From NCBI GenBank assembly GCA_905178155.1, contig CAJINV010000002.1:2440162-2504161 (forward strand): a stretch of 64,000 nt of DNA. Direction: 5' to 3'. This document shows, piece by piece, positions 1 to 12,371 of the stretch. This DNA is from Amoebophrya sp. A120. Lineage: Eukaryota > Protista > Dinoflagellata. The stretch's first letter is position 1. Each line of letters opens with the position of its first letter. The position numbers and the translations under genes were made by a program. The notes below the pieces were generated by a model. The model was not told the DNA's origin and did not search any database. It saw only the letters and a list, made by a program, of their open reading frames with translations.

Positions 1-349
1 GAACAGCCACCAGCTCGCGGGCAGCTGGGGGGGGGCCAGTTCCTCTTGGTTTCCCACCCCCTGCCGGCTAGGGCGGGACTCGGATGCCCCAGAGCCTTTT
101 CCTCGGTCACAATTTTACGCAGTAGCTTCATGAGCCTCTGTTCATGTGGAACGCGGCATTTACTTGGCCCAAAACAACGATTAGAACACAGATAGTCTAG
201 GTCTCCTGCGCACTGCTGCTGCATGCGTACAGGCGTTTGCCGCACACTTTTCAAAGCACTTACATGCGTTATTTGCTGTCGCTTTCTACTTTCAGCATAC
301 TTTTCGTTTTGGAGCTAGATTCTCTTTTCCGATGAATCAACAAACCCCA

Positions 350-3300
350 CTAATCCATCGCATTCACATCTTCGTAAGAACTCAACGGAATTTTTTCATG
401 ACTACTCGCCTTCCCTCCCCCACCACCAGTACCTCCTACGACGGAAGCCTGCTTCACAAGCTTCTCCTTCTCTTTCACGACCGGAGGTGCGGCTCTAGTA
501 TTACAACTTGTTCCGGTCGTGTCTTCTTCACTTTTAGAAGTTGACATTTGTACTCCCTTAGCGGTTGAATCCGAACCATCACCAACCTTCGCGTTCTCCA
601 CGTCGTCCATATCGATTCCCCGTTCCTTCGCAACCTCTTTGATCCACTCGTCCATGGATTTTTTGTCGTCGCCAAACTGTTCGTATGCATTGCAAACATG
701 TCGGCGTCTGGAAATATTGCGAGATTTGTCGTGCTAGTCTGGCATTTGACTCTGAGCTCTGTATTGCGTGGCCACAAAGTAGAGTTCCACTGGTCTAATA
801 TTTATCATGCATCAACGCAGTTTCTCATGCGGACTACACAACACAGAGACACGAAAAAATCTGTCATGCTTGGCGGTGAATTAGTACAGTGTGCTTACCA
901 AATATAGCCGCCGGGGCGGAGGTAGTGAGGTTGTGGGCGTTTTCTTGCCGGCCATCGCCTTGGCCGCGGCCTTGCTTTTTTTGGGCTCGCCATGCCGCCG
1001 TGAGTAACGTTAGGCCGCACGGTATGGCGGCCGCTCGATAAACGTCGCAGCCTTTGGCAAATCTCCGAAATTCCTTTCCGAAAGCTAGCCCCCATGCTAT
1101 GGAGCCGATCCGGGCGCCACGGGGGGCGCCCAAAAAGCGAAGGAAAATCGGGCCCATAGCATGCGGATTGGCTTTGCGCGTCCGGGGCGCTTTTTCTTTT
1201 TCGCGTTTCTATATTTCCCTCCGGCGCTTTTTGCAAAGCTTCCCAGGCTCTGAAACCGGCGAAAAGGCGGCCGCTTTCGCGGCCGCCCAAAATGCTCCAA
1301 AATCGCGGCCGTGCCATGCTGTTTCGCTGTTCTGACTTTGGGCGAGTTTTTTGCGCGCCCCTTTTTGGGCGGCCCAAACCGCCAGAAACCAAGGCGGTGG
1401 GCGCCGCAGAAGGGCGCCCCTTTTGCCGGCTCCCCTGCGTCGTTTTATCAAGTGCGAATCGATAGTTTTCGACCGGGCTTGTTTGACTTCAAAGCCCCGG
1501 CCGCTTAATAATTGGAAATCTTTTATGTCAAAGAACGCTTCCGGCCGCTTGAAAACTGCCGGTCGTTTTTCAGGGTATATGTCAAAAAAACTCCCCGGTT
1601 AGAACCGTTCGGTGACCTCACTACATACTATTCGCTGACCTGCATTACAAGTTTCCAGGCGCCGACCACATATTTGCAATGCATATTTCGTTTTTCAACA
1701 AATGCTCGTTTTCCGGATCCTCCTCCAACCGCGGGATGGCGATCATGTCCTGCAGTCTCTGCATCTCCTCCTTCGTTTCCTTGGTGAAAATCGTCTCCAT
1801 CTGCTGTGTATGCATTACAAAAGCATCGCACTAGCACTACGTAGAAATCGCATGACAAATTCTGTGAAGAACAAAAGTGGGATTTGTAATGCTGAATTAG
1901 GTACAGAAACTAGATTTGTCATGCGCGGCTGCAATTTATACGTAGTACAATACTTCTGCAATGCATACTGCGTCGCGATCTGCTTCCACTGGCCCTTGTA
2001 GGTCTGTAGCAGCGCCTCCCGAATCTCGGCCACCAGTTCCACGAAAAAGGCAGAGGAAATTTGGTCGGTGTTGTCTGTGTACGTGAAGTTGGAATGCAAT
2101 CAACATACGCATGAGAAATAACCGCATCTGTCATGCACTGTAACGGCGCTATAGTACAAGTACCTGAAGAAAAAAACACAAAACCCTAGTACCTCTCTGC
2201 TGTCCGGGCAGCGTGGGTTGCGTCATCTGCGTGTAGTGCCCGGTGATGGACAGCTCTTCCAACGTCCGGAGTAACTCTACCAGCGGTGGTATTTGGTCAA
2301 ACACGATTTCGTTCAGGAACCGTCGTAATTTCAACAAATTATCCTTCCGGTGCGAGCGCATATCGTACCGCTGTCGGCACTATCACATGCAAATATGTCT
2401 GGGTCTGGAAAAGTGCAAGTTTGTGATGCTTGTCTGGCATGACTCTTAAATCTGTGATGCATGAGCAGGAAAAGGGCCTCTTGCCTGTGATGCAAAAACG
2501 CAGTTTGTCATGCGAAAAACGAAACACACTGCAGCGCAAAAACTTGTCATGCTGGGCTGCATATGGCAGTGCGCCCACAATTCGCAGATTTGCGTCACAA
2601 GTTTCATCCAGACCCAGACATATTTGCAATGCATAGGCACTGCGGGTCCATCACCAGGTTGTAAATCGTCAGCCACAGTTGGGAGGACAGCTTGGGAAGC
2701 GTGCACAGATCGTCCTCGTGGATCTGATACAGTAAAAATGTACGGAGCATTTGTCATGCTTAACAGACTGCGCTACTGAGCCCGGGGGGGTGCGGGGTCC
2801 GAGGGGTGCGCATTGCACAGCCCGGAACACCCGAACATGCCCCGCGACTGGCACAGGACCAGCAACGCAACTATTATCGTCGATCTCAGTTTGTCGATCA
2901 CAACGTAGCTGCGAAGCCGTCCATTCGAAATGCATACAGAAGCAAAGTATACGGAATGCATCCACTCTCGGAGCATGCGTCCATTCGAAATGCATCCACT
3001 CTCGGAGCATTTGTCATGCATACAGAAGCAAAGTATACGCTCCTCTGTGATGCAGCACGCTCATGCTGAATGACACAGAAACATTTCGGTAAACAAGAAC
3101 ATCAACCGCATAAACATCCTATACCACTTTCCACTCGTTTTTGTCGAACTTTTCGAATTCCCCTCGTCTCTTCCGCACCCAGGGCGCTTTTTCCATCAAA
3201 GGGACTAAGGTCAGCAGTACGTCGTGGTTGTCCAATAATCTCGTCGTCAACGTGATCGGCAAATGCTGTCGGTGGTCGGTCAAGTAGCGGCACACGTTCA

Positions 3301-4429
3301 ACGCGCTCATGCAGATTTGGAATTCGATGTCCTTGTACTGTTCGTCCAAGCACTCCACCTCCGATTTCGCCATGGCCTCCTTCGCGGAGCTCGTATGGGA
3401 GTGTCGGGATCGAAACCGTCAGAGTTGAAATAGTTTGTGATGCATAAAACGGATACTAGTTGGCGCCTAGTTTTCAAGTGGCGCATGACAAATTTGGGTG
3501 GAACTGATGAAATCCAGTTCGTAATGCTGTTTGGGTAAGGAAGACGCCTTTTGTCGTGCTACTTTAGCAGCTCAATTTCTACACCTAAACACGCTTGCAA
3601 TCTGCATCCCTTGCGTCCTCTGCAATAGGGGCAATTTTTGCGTTGCATTTTATGCATCACAAACTATTTCAACTTTGACGATTTCGGTTCTGACGCTTCC
3701 ATAGCTCGGCGGCCAGGAATAGAGGTCCTTGTTGGGCACTTGGACTAGGTAGGTCAGTTTGCGGTACACGTAATCCACCAGGTCGACCTGATAAAGTTTG
3801 ATAATCATAGATGAAAACTTGTCATGTAGAGGATCGAGGCAAAACACTATCCTAGACTGAACTTTATGCATGACAAACATCAGCACCTTCTTATGTAAGT
3901 AAATCTATACCAATGAATCCCCCGCCGTGTCGCAGGACTGGCTGTGGTAGAGACACATCTCCAGCAAGGAAATCAGGCTCGCTTCCGCGTACACCGGAAC
4001 GTAGGAGCGCAGGGAAGAGAGCCCGGCGATGTGTTCCTTGAAGAAGCTGCAGTCTTCGTTTGCAGATTTTTTCTTCGAGGAGGAGGAAGAACTCGAAGTA
4101 GATGACGCGCTAGAACTTGTCCCGGTCTTTGTCTTGTCCCCGTTGAAGAGGACAAATTCCTTCCAGGTCTCGATGGTGACCAAATTGTGGATCAACACCG
4201 GGATTTTCTCGTGCGTGTTGATCAAATCCACGATAAACTCATCCGTTTTGTCCTCCGCCTGGTAATGTGCCTGCGCGGAAAGCTTGTCGATCTTCTCGTG
4301 CTGGTTCAAAAAGTCCTTGTCCCCGATCTGTTCTAAATCGATCGGCTCGATCCCGTGCTCAATCCAGTGCTCGGCCTCAAACGGCGTCAGATCGACCGCC
4401 ACCGTCATCTCATCGATGTTGGAGGCCAT
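350..4429 (-). CDS. ZMYND10: ZMYND10-like dynein-arm assembly factor (about 563 aa, 8 exons), no MYND finger found
   Basis: Exons 4429-3911, 3787-3704, 3388-3125, 2723-2636, 2375-2193, 2074-1968, 1803-1686, 678-350 total 1692 nt and read as one open frame. GT-AG introns at 3788-3910, 2724-3124, 2075-2192 plus four introners. Recognisable segments: HEKIPVLIHNLVTIETWKE, DLVDYVYRKL, RLLDNHDVLLTLVPLMEKAPW, QLWLTIYNL, LLKLRRFLNE..DQIPPL. Confidence 0.8.
684..1685. mobile_element. Introner family B carrying a nested insertion (1002 bp)
   Basis: TIR tatgcattgcaaa(c/t)atgt; flanks gttcg/tttcg; removal gives KNE|QFGDDKK in frame. Confidence 0.85.
922..1624. mobile_element. GC-rich nested element with 10-bp TIR
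   Basis: gtagtgaggt (922-931) and acctcactac (1615-1624) are exact inverted repeats; abrupt GC shift; no TSD seen. Confidence 0.45.
1809..1967. mobile_element. Introner family G (159 bp)
   Basis: TIR tatgcatt(a/g)ca(a/g)aag; flanks ctgtg/ctgcg; restores IATQ|QMETIF. Confidence 0.8.
2381..2635. mobile_element. Introner family B (255 bp)
   Basis: TIR tat....tgcaaatatgtctgggtctgga; TSD ggcac; restores DPQC|RQRYD. Confidence 0.92.
2918..3040. repeat. Mosaic short repeats inside a canonical intron
   Basis: ccattcgaaatgcat x2, aatgcatccactctcggagcat x2, atgcatacagaagcaaagtatacg x2. Confidence 0.8.
3394..3703. mobile_element. Introner family A (310 bp)
   Basis: About 56-bp imperfect TIR tatgg.ag.gtc...gatgcataaaa; TSD gctcg; restores WPPS|SAKEAM. 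Confidence 0.93.
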
Positions 4430-4862
4430 GGTGTCGTGTGGATCAGGGTTACTGCAGCTGTTTGATGCGCTTTATCTTACGAGTCAATATGAAATATCTT
4501 CTGTGGTCTCGCGGCCAGAGTGTGACGCTTTTTCTAGATTGAAACGAAACCTCAAATGGGAGCTTTTTCTTGCTCTCGTAAGTTTTAGATCAATCTTCGA
4601 CGCAACATTGCCCTTGGAGGTTGATGATTTACTCCAGGATACCACGACACTCGACAGCTCTTCTGTAACTTTTAGTTCCACCGCGCAACAACACATCCAT
4701 CTCTCGAAGGCCTTCTGGGTCGTAGGGGTAAGAAGTGACCGGAGCGCAGCGGTTAATCGTCTTACCACCGCTACGACTACAGTCGAAATTTACTTACTCA
4801 CGAGAAAATCTCGCGAGACTACGCAGAACGCAACACATTCGCAGTGGGGGGCGACAACCTGC

Positions 4863-6201
4863 GTAGGGTGAGTATTGGATAGTCCGGCGCGGGGGCGGCT
4901 CGTGGCCTCTTTTCATCTTTCGCGGCGCTCGCTGGCTGCGCGTGATAGATACATGCCACACCAAGGAGGAGGATAGAAGACGCGCACGGCAGCGGCGGAA
5001 GACACAACGCACGCGCCCCGAAGCCGGCGCGCGGCCGGCGCCTACCTCGGGCGCACCGCCCCTGTGTGCGTCCGCTACTGCTGCCCGGGGGCGCAATCTG
5101 GCTGGCGCATGTGGAGACGGGGCCGGCGCCCCTCCGGCAAGGCGCACAGAGCGCCGGCGCCCGCGCGGGCCGGCGCCTCCCTGCCGGGCGCCGCCCTGGC
5201 GAGTTTCCCGCACGAGCGTGCCAGCTCCGCGCCCGCTGGCAATGCCCGGCCGCACACAATGCAGAGCGGGCCGCCGACCTCATCCAGCATCGGAGCATCA
5301 TCCAGCATATGGGCCTGCGCCACGAAGTCCAGTGTCCGACGCTCGGGCTGCCTGCAATTCGGGGAGCAGAAGGGGCCCCAACGACGTAGAGCGCTTCCAA
5401 AGTGGAAGGGCCCGCACCAACACGAAACGCGCCCGCCCCCACTTCCTGTCCCGGGCTTGCTAGGCCGCGAAAAAGGCGAGGCCGAACACGGCCGCCAGCA
5501 TCATGCAAGACGAATGCTTGCATGATGCTGGCGGCGCTAGCCCCCCGCACACAACGCCGGCGACTCATCAAACCGCGCCCGTCCGTCGTGGTCTTGTCGC
5601 CTCGCACTTCATCCCGGATCTTTTTGAAACGAACCGGGCCGCCCCCCCCTGTGACCCACTCCACCGCCACGAAAAAGTAGCGGCGACTGCCCACGCTTGG
5701 CATTTTCTTCAGATCAAGGGCCCGCCATGACTGTGCGGCCGCCGCGTCTACGCTGGTGCCGCCGCCACTTTCTCCGCCGCGCCTCGGCGTTTTTGTACGC
5801 GTCGGGGCCCACTGGGTCGCGCACGGCCGCGAGCTCGCCCGTGAGTTCTTCTCCGCGCTGGGTGGCTCTACCCACGAAGGCGCGCGCGCTGCGCTAAAGC
5901 TCGCAGCTTTTGCGCCATCCTGGCGCGGCTCTGCTCCGGCCAAGGCGGCAGCCTTTTGCGCGGCCGCCCGCCATGGGGTCGCCCGGCTCCCGCGTGCGCG
6001 CTGGCAGAGCCGCCAACCGCTCGCGGCGGGATGCGTCAGCAACAACGGGAGACCCTCGCCGCCCATCCGGCGCCACCTCCGAAAGCGGCCGCGCCCCTGT
6101 TGCGGGCGGCAATGGCGGAGCTTCAGCAGCCCGGGAGCAAAAGCGGCAAACCCCCGAAAGCCAAGGCCCCCAGTTCGACCGGGCCAGTCCCCGAATTGCT
6201 A
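4863..6201. repeat. GC-rich intergenic island, probable decayed mobile element
   Basis: Sharp switch to very high GC; TAG...CTA ends; overlapping ORFs are R/P/G/A-rich with no recognisable domain. Confidence 0.35.
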
Positions 6202-7184
6202 AAAGCAAGGCGGGCGCACACTGAGCAAATGAATTTGGCCGGTTGCCAACTGGATCAAAACGTCAGCAGCACACACAAAGACTCGACATGTAGTACGTAG
6301 GACCTCCAAAGAGAATCCTTGTTGCACGACGACGAACACCAGTCCAGACAGATTAGTAGAACCTGTGTGGCAGGTTCTCACTACAACTCCGCATGCTCGC
6401 TGCCATATCTGCAGCTGCAAGTGCACCAGTAATCGTCGCATGATTTTCTACAATGACAATCGAGATAAGCCACGCGTCAAGATTGATTTTCAAAAGAAAC
6501 CTCCCGTCACATTCGGAAACTGCTTCACGTCGCTTTGCAAAATTTGCCCAGTGAGGCCGCCACATTCTTGTGGCGACGTTTTTCCGTCGGGCACAGAGAA
6601 AAATAGTTCGCGGAACAAGTACAATAACTTCAGACAGTTACTAGACTGAAGAAGTAGAAAATAGCAGATGTAGAAAGAAGTAGTTGCAGCTATCGAGGCG
6701 ATAGCGCACATGTCCATCCAGTGCAACTGAACAAAAACGAAGTGCAATGTCGTCCAAAACTGTTGTAATGTCGTGAAAGTGCATATCAGTAATAAAAGAT
6801 GTCGCTAGGTGTAGGTACATACTCAGCATGTGTAAAATTAAAAAATGTCTTCAGGAGCACTGCTCATTGTGATCAAATACTGTTGTGTGAATATGTTACA
6901 GACTGGCTGTAGTATCAGAAGTGCCCTCCGTGCACATCCCTCCCACTTCTGTACAGATGAACTTCTGACGTCATCTAACTGTTTACTTACTGGAAAAGGA
7001 GAAAATCGAGTGGCACAAAACGCACTTCTTGTGAGAATGTCGCAATTGTTATTGTTCAACATCGAATGAGAATTATAACGGTATTGCCCGTAGTAAGTAT
7101 CAGACACAGCATGAAAAAAAAAGTAAGACCCAAAAACCATCTCAAGAAAAAACCTCCCCCGGTTGCAGTTCAAGTGAAATCCTC

Positions 7185-10100
7185 CTACACGCAATTTCGA
7201 AACATGCCGCAGACCCTTCCGCTCTCCGTGCCCTCGCCTTCATCGTCGCAGCAGCTGCTTTCGTGCAACTCCGGAGCCGGGGAATTGTGCAGAATGTAAT
7301 CTTGAATGTGCGCCACGAAGTTGAGTCGCATCTTGTACTTATCCTCCTGCGACACATCGTCCACGTTTGTAACGGGAGGCGTATTAGCGGGAGCAGCCTG
7401 GGCTGCACTATCTCCGGGCGGCGGGTTGACATAGCCCCGGTCGCGCACCTCCTTCAGCCAGGCGCGGTAGCCTTTGTCTTGGGACAAGGGGAAGACCAAA
7501 TCCTGCCACAGCGACCCCCCCGTCTTGATATCGGCAATGTTTTGCAAAACGTAGTCGCGGGGGCCGCGGGTGAGTTTGGTCAGGTGGACCAACCGGGAAT
7601 AGTACCAGCTGTATTCAAAGTACGCGTAGCCCAAAATGTCCGGCCACCGAATCAGCACGAACATGGGCCCGAAAAACTCAATCAAACCCGTCATGAAACT
7701 GAAGAAAAACTCCCGGCCCACGAGGATGTAGCGGCCGGTTGAGTCCGGGTCGATGACAGTGACCCAGTTGTAGCGGTGCTTTATCTATCATCTGCAAAAG
7801 TATCGCACTCGTAGTACCATCACAGATTTTCTTCTCAAGATCTCAAATCTGAATTACAAATTCCATTTCTCATGCTGAGGAAATTTGTCATGCGATTTGT
7901 ACTTACTAGTACGATATGACTTTTGCAGTGCGTATTATCCGCTGGTCCTTCTTGTAGTAAAACTGGAAGAAGTAGCATCGCAGGAAAAAAGTGTTACAGT
8001 ATACACATTGTGTTGCAGGAGGAGCAAGACAAGCAACCTTTGTCATGCAAGAAATGCTTGCGAACTTCATAACGTACGTGTTTTCTCTTAGGATATCTGC
8101 ATTGCAAGTTTTCTCTGCCACACAGAGAAAATTTGTGTTGCTGAATTCACTACAAATGTGTAATTGTATGTAACACTTTTTTCGTGGGATAAGTAGTCGT
8201 CGTAATTGTTTCGCACCCCGTTCATTTGCGACACAAACTGGGAGCTCTTGTAGGCGGTCAGATACATCTCCAAATCCGCATCCGGCCGGCCGCCCGACTG
8301 GTACGCGGCCGCGCCGAAGTAGTTTGCGTCACAGTTGTACTGCTCTAGCCTTGCCTTGTACTTCTCAAACTGCTCCCGATCGGTGAGTTCTCCCTTGTAC
8401 TGCAGCCACGCGACCCACAGCTCGGAGTTCCACATGGAAAAGTACAGATTTTCCGGCGGGGAGGCCAAAAACCAGTTGTCTTGCAAAACCGTATAGGGGA
8501 GATACAGCCGCATGCTCTGATCCGGTTGGTACAGCATGGCGGATCGAGAAGTTCCGATCAACTCCTCGCTAAAATTGTTGTCGTCAAAATCCGTCCTGTT
8601 GTTGGTCGTTTGCGCGATCAAATTTGCTGAAAATCCCTGTTGCGCCGCCGGGTCTTTTTTTGCTACTTGCTCGTTGTGGCTGGCGACTTTCTTCAAAAAA
8701 TAGTCTTCCAAAGCGGAATCCAAGTCCACTGGCGCGACGTTGCCGATCAGCTTCTCAAACGGGTCGGAGAGAATGAGGGTGGCGTCGGTATACAGCCCGC
8801 CGTATTTCTTCACCAAAGCGAGCCGGATCCGGTCCGCGCGGTGGGCGGACGCGACCGACCGTTTGTTAAAGCCGACAAATTGTGGATTCTCCGGCGGCCA
8901 GTAATCCACCGCCACTTCGTCCGCGACCGTGGGGCCCGGGTTGTTTGGGTCTTCGGTTGTGTCGGTTTCGTACAAGGGGAAGTTCTGCGCCTCCATCCAT
9001 TTCCCGTCCACCCGGTTGATTTTCCACCCGTCCGGGTTCAATCTTTCAAAGTTCTGCGCACACGCCTCGATGATCCAGGCGGGTTGAGTTAAATTTCCGA
9101 CCATGGTGACGTTGGTCGGCCACCCGCCCTGCCAGTACAGGAAAACCTTCCGCGGCACCCAGTTGTTGACCCGGTGGACAAAGCGCAGATAGTCGATGGT
9201 GTACTTGTGGTACATGGGGTGCGCCGTCGTGTCCCAGGGTTCGTCGTCCCTCCGCAGTTTCCGCGGCACCATCACGGTTTGGTTGTTCGGAAGGGTCAAA
9301 GGTTCGTATTTATCGGGAACAGCAGTCGGGTCCTCGGCACCAGCAGCTCCGGCTTGTGAGAAATCCTTCATGGTGACCTTCTGGATCACATCGAAGCGCC
9401 CGTCCGTCCCCGGCTTTTGCACCGTGGTCACCTCGAAATACTCGCGGGGGAAGGTCCGGCCGTCCGCAAGCACGATGTTTTGCTCCTGGTACTTTTGGCC
9501 GATGGGGGTTTCGTCGAAAAGCTGCAGCAAAGTGCTACTCCGGTCCGGCATCCGCGTCACCCAGAGTAAACCGATGATCGGGCCCAGGATGGTAACGACG
9601 ACCAAGATAAGCACGTAGCAGAAGAAAATGTTCTTCGGTAAGTAGATCAAAAAATCGCGAACGCCGCACACCGAGCAACATACCTTGCAGCAGCCGCACC
9701 GGTCTCGGGCGAGAATGTCCTGCTTGTTCACATGCTTGTTCGCTTCCCCGAAACACAGACACGGCGGAACACCATCCTCATCCGGGCAGAAACACTCATC
9801 TAAGCAGCACCGTTTTTTGTTCGGACACATCTTTGACGGACAGCAACAGTTTTGTCTGGAGGAGCCACTGGAGGTGCTCATCGCGCTCCCAAACAGCCCT
9901 AGGTTTTTACCATTGCCACTTGTAGTTGTTTTCGCCGTAGTTCCTTTACTCAGCGCGCTCTTTGGTTCTGTGTAGTGGCTTGATGTTCCCGGATTAACAT
10001 TCCGACTGTTCGGGAACATCGCGGAATCTGGCACGATGAACTCCTTTGTCCGAAGCGTTTCCAATCGCCGGATTGCATTCGTGGCCCCTTCACCCGTGTG

Positions 10101-11637
10101 ATACGCCGTGTTTTCTTTCGGATGTGCGCCAGAATAACGGTTGGTACTGGAGAACCGCTTGCTGCCGATCATCAGTCCCTGCAGCTCATCCGGATCCTCG
10201 TTGTTGTAATCATCGAGACCTCCACTGCCGAAGCTGTCGACTTCGATAGCTGGGTTCACGACCGTGCGGTTCGCGTTGCTCATCCATTTTGGTCCGGTAC
10301 TCAAAGACCCCACCGGGCGGCAGCTACAGCAGCCGCACACTCCGGACCGTATCAGAATGAAAAATCCCCCCTCCCCATATCAAAACGACGTTTCTGATGC
10401 TGGATGTGCGTACACAGATCAGATTTGTCTTGCTGGTGAGGACTGCAGGCCCATACTAAGCCTGAGTCGACAGGTTTCGGCCTAGGCGCTTAGCATGACA
10501 GACGTCTGCGCTGTAGCTAAAACAGCATGACAAACCGCCTGTAGAATGCGGCGGGGCTTGTGGCGTTGCCTTCATGCAACACAGAGACGATTTGCGACCT
10601 CAAATCAGCAACACAAATTTTCGGCAACATACGTTTTCAATATGGGGAGAGGGGATTTTTCCTTTTGATAGACCGGACCCGGTATTCCTGCAGTTCCGCG
10701 TAGCCCGCCACGGTATGGAAGTGTCAGAACCGAAATTGACAAAATCGAAAAATTTGTGATGCACAAAATCGATGTCAGTTGGCGCCTGAGTTCCCAAGTG
10801 GCGCATGACAAATTTCGGGAGCACCCAAATCCAGTCTGCCATGCTGTTTGGGCAAAGAAGACTCCTCCTGTCGTGCTACTCTGGCAGCACATTGCATACC
10901 CCTAAACAGACTTGCAATCGGTCTCATTTGCCTGCTCCCCAGTACAGGCCTTCAGTGCCCTACATTTTATGCATCACAAATTTTTCGATTTTGTCGATTT
11001 CGATCCTGACACATCCATACACGGAAAAGATGTCGTAGCCCCGCCTGGCCAGGTCGTAGTCGCTGTACCCCCGAATGGGTCGTTCGACGACCAAGAGGAT
11101 TAGGAATCCAAAGGGGTACATGAGCCACCCCTTGCCCATGATACAGTCGGACCAAATCCAAAATTGGTACTCGTACAAAACGGACTTGCCCCCACCGTAC
11201 GTCCCGTACTGAATGTAGAGCCCAAGGAGGAAGAAAAGGATCATGATCGGCCACCACCACCACCGGATTTTTATGTTGTAAATGAAGTACTGCCACGAGT
11301 ACTTGATCTCGTGCGGTGGGAAGATGTTCTCCAGTTCCCTCAACAGCTGCTCATCCTTCTCCTTCTCAAACTGCTTTTGTTTTTCGTAGGTCATGATCGA
11401 GGAAAGCAGTTTTTCCTCGTCACTCGCCAGGTCGTCGATGTTGTAGGCGAGGGCGGCATCTTCATCGCCGGGTTGTATTTCTTCGTCGTCGTCCACTTGA
11501 ATTTGGTTTTCGCTCGCGAACTGCTCCTCGGGGAAGTAGTTGTAACCGCTGTTGGTGGGCGGGAGGTTCTTGTTGGTGTTGTTAGTTTTGTTTCCGCTAC
11601 TTCTCCCGGAAGTGGAGCGCCGCTGCAGGGTCGACAT
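7185..11637 (-). CDS. Membrane-anchored DxD glycosyltransferase (GT32/Caps_synth-like), about 1146 aa, 5 exons
   Basis: Exons 11637-11020, 10708-10671, 10344-8192, 7970-7935, 7780-7185 total 3441 nt in frame after removing four introners. Motifs VPRKVFLYWQGG, HRADRIRLALVKKYGGLYTDAT, NWFLAS; hydrophobic TM segments. Confidence 0.82.
7786..7934. mobile_element. Introner family G (149 bp)
   Basis: TIR ta....ctgcaaaagt; TSD ttatc; restores DQRI|KHRYNW. Confidence 0.85.
7976..8191. mobile_element. Introner family D (216 bp)
   Basis: TIR (t/c)atc.ca.gaaaaaagtgttaca; TSD agtag; restores YDDY|FFQFYY. Confidence 0.88.
10350..10670. mobile_element. Introner family F (321 bp)
   Basis: TIR tatca.aa.gaaaaatcccc.ctccccatat; TSD gaccg; restores YRVR|SGVCGC. 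Confidence 0.92.
10714..11019. mobile_element. Introner family A (306 bp)
   Basis: Long TIR tatgga.gtgtcag; TSD cacgg; restores DIFSV|AGYAEL. Confidence 0.93.
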
Positions 11638-12371
11638 GGTGAAGTGATGAAATGCAAATCAATGTGCACTAGAAGTTATACTTGTCAAAATTCCGAAGTA
11701 TTCTACGCGACAATTTAAAAACTATTCACGCCAGAGACTACTGCAAGTCTAACATGGCCGTGCTGTGTGGTATCTGGTCATAGCGTAGTTTGTGTTACAG
11801 TTAGGTTACGTAAAGTCCAAAAAGAAATTGTTACTCATACTTGATACTCAGAAAGATAACTTGGGAGTAGAGAGGTATAGGTATTGGTATAAAATTATAC
11901 ACCTCGCTGTTGTGAAATATTTTGCGATTCGAAGTTGGAAGTTCGAACAACATGTACAACTTATGTAGTACAGTATGCTACAACTCATCATAGCTGTAAT
12001 TAAAGGAGCCAGTATTCAGTACTGCAGCGCAGCCTGGTGGATCTTGCCACAACCGAACGTCTAGTGCACCGACATTCTCCATGGGTCTTGCAACTACAAC
12101 CGAAAAAATGTCTGCTTCAGCAGATAATTTGCAACAGAAGAAGCCACTTTGCGCAACCGATGGAACGAGCATGCTGAGACACCGAGGTGAGCAGGAAGAA
12201 GAAAACATTTACCGAAGGTCTTTTTTACGCCTGGCCGATGAAAATATTTGGCTGTTGTTCAATTTTTTTTTTCATGATAGAACCGATGAAAAAGAGAACG
12301 CCAATAGCGGGCTCCTTTTGCTTTACAACTTTGAGATCGCGGCATGGAAGAAAAGGAGCGCGCTTTTCTAC

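Noticed and set aside
4794-6300. Long overlapping ORFs (up to 415 aa) in the GC island
   Set aside because: Stop-codon scarcity from high GC in all frames; no domain motifs.
6330-7070. Short Cys-containing ORFs between genes
   Set aside because: No consistent frame or motif; cannot call a gene.
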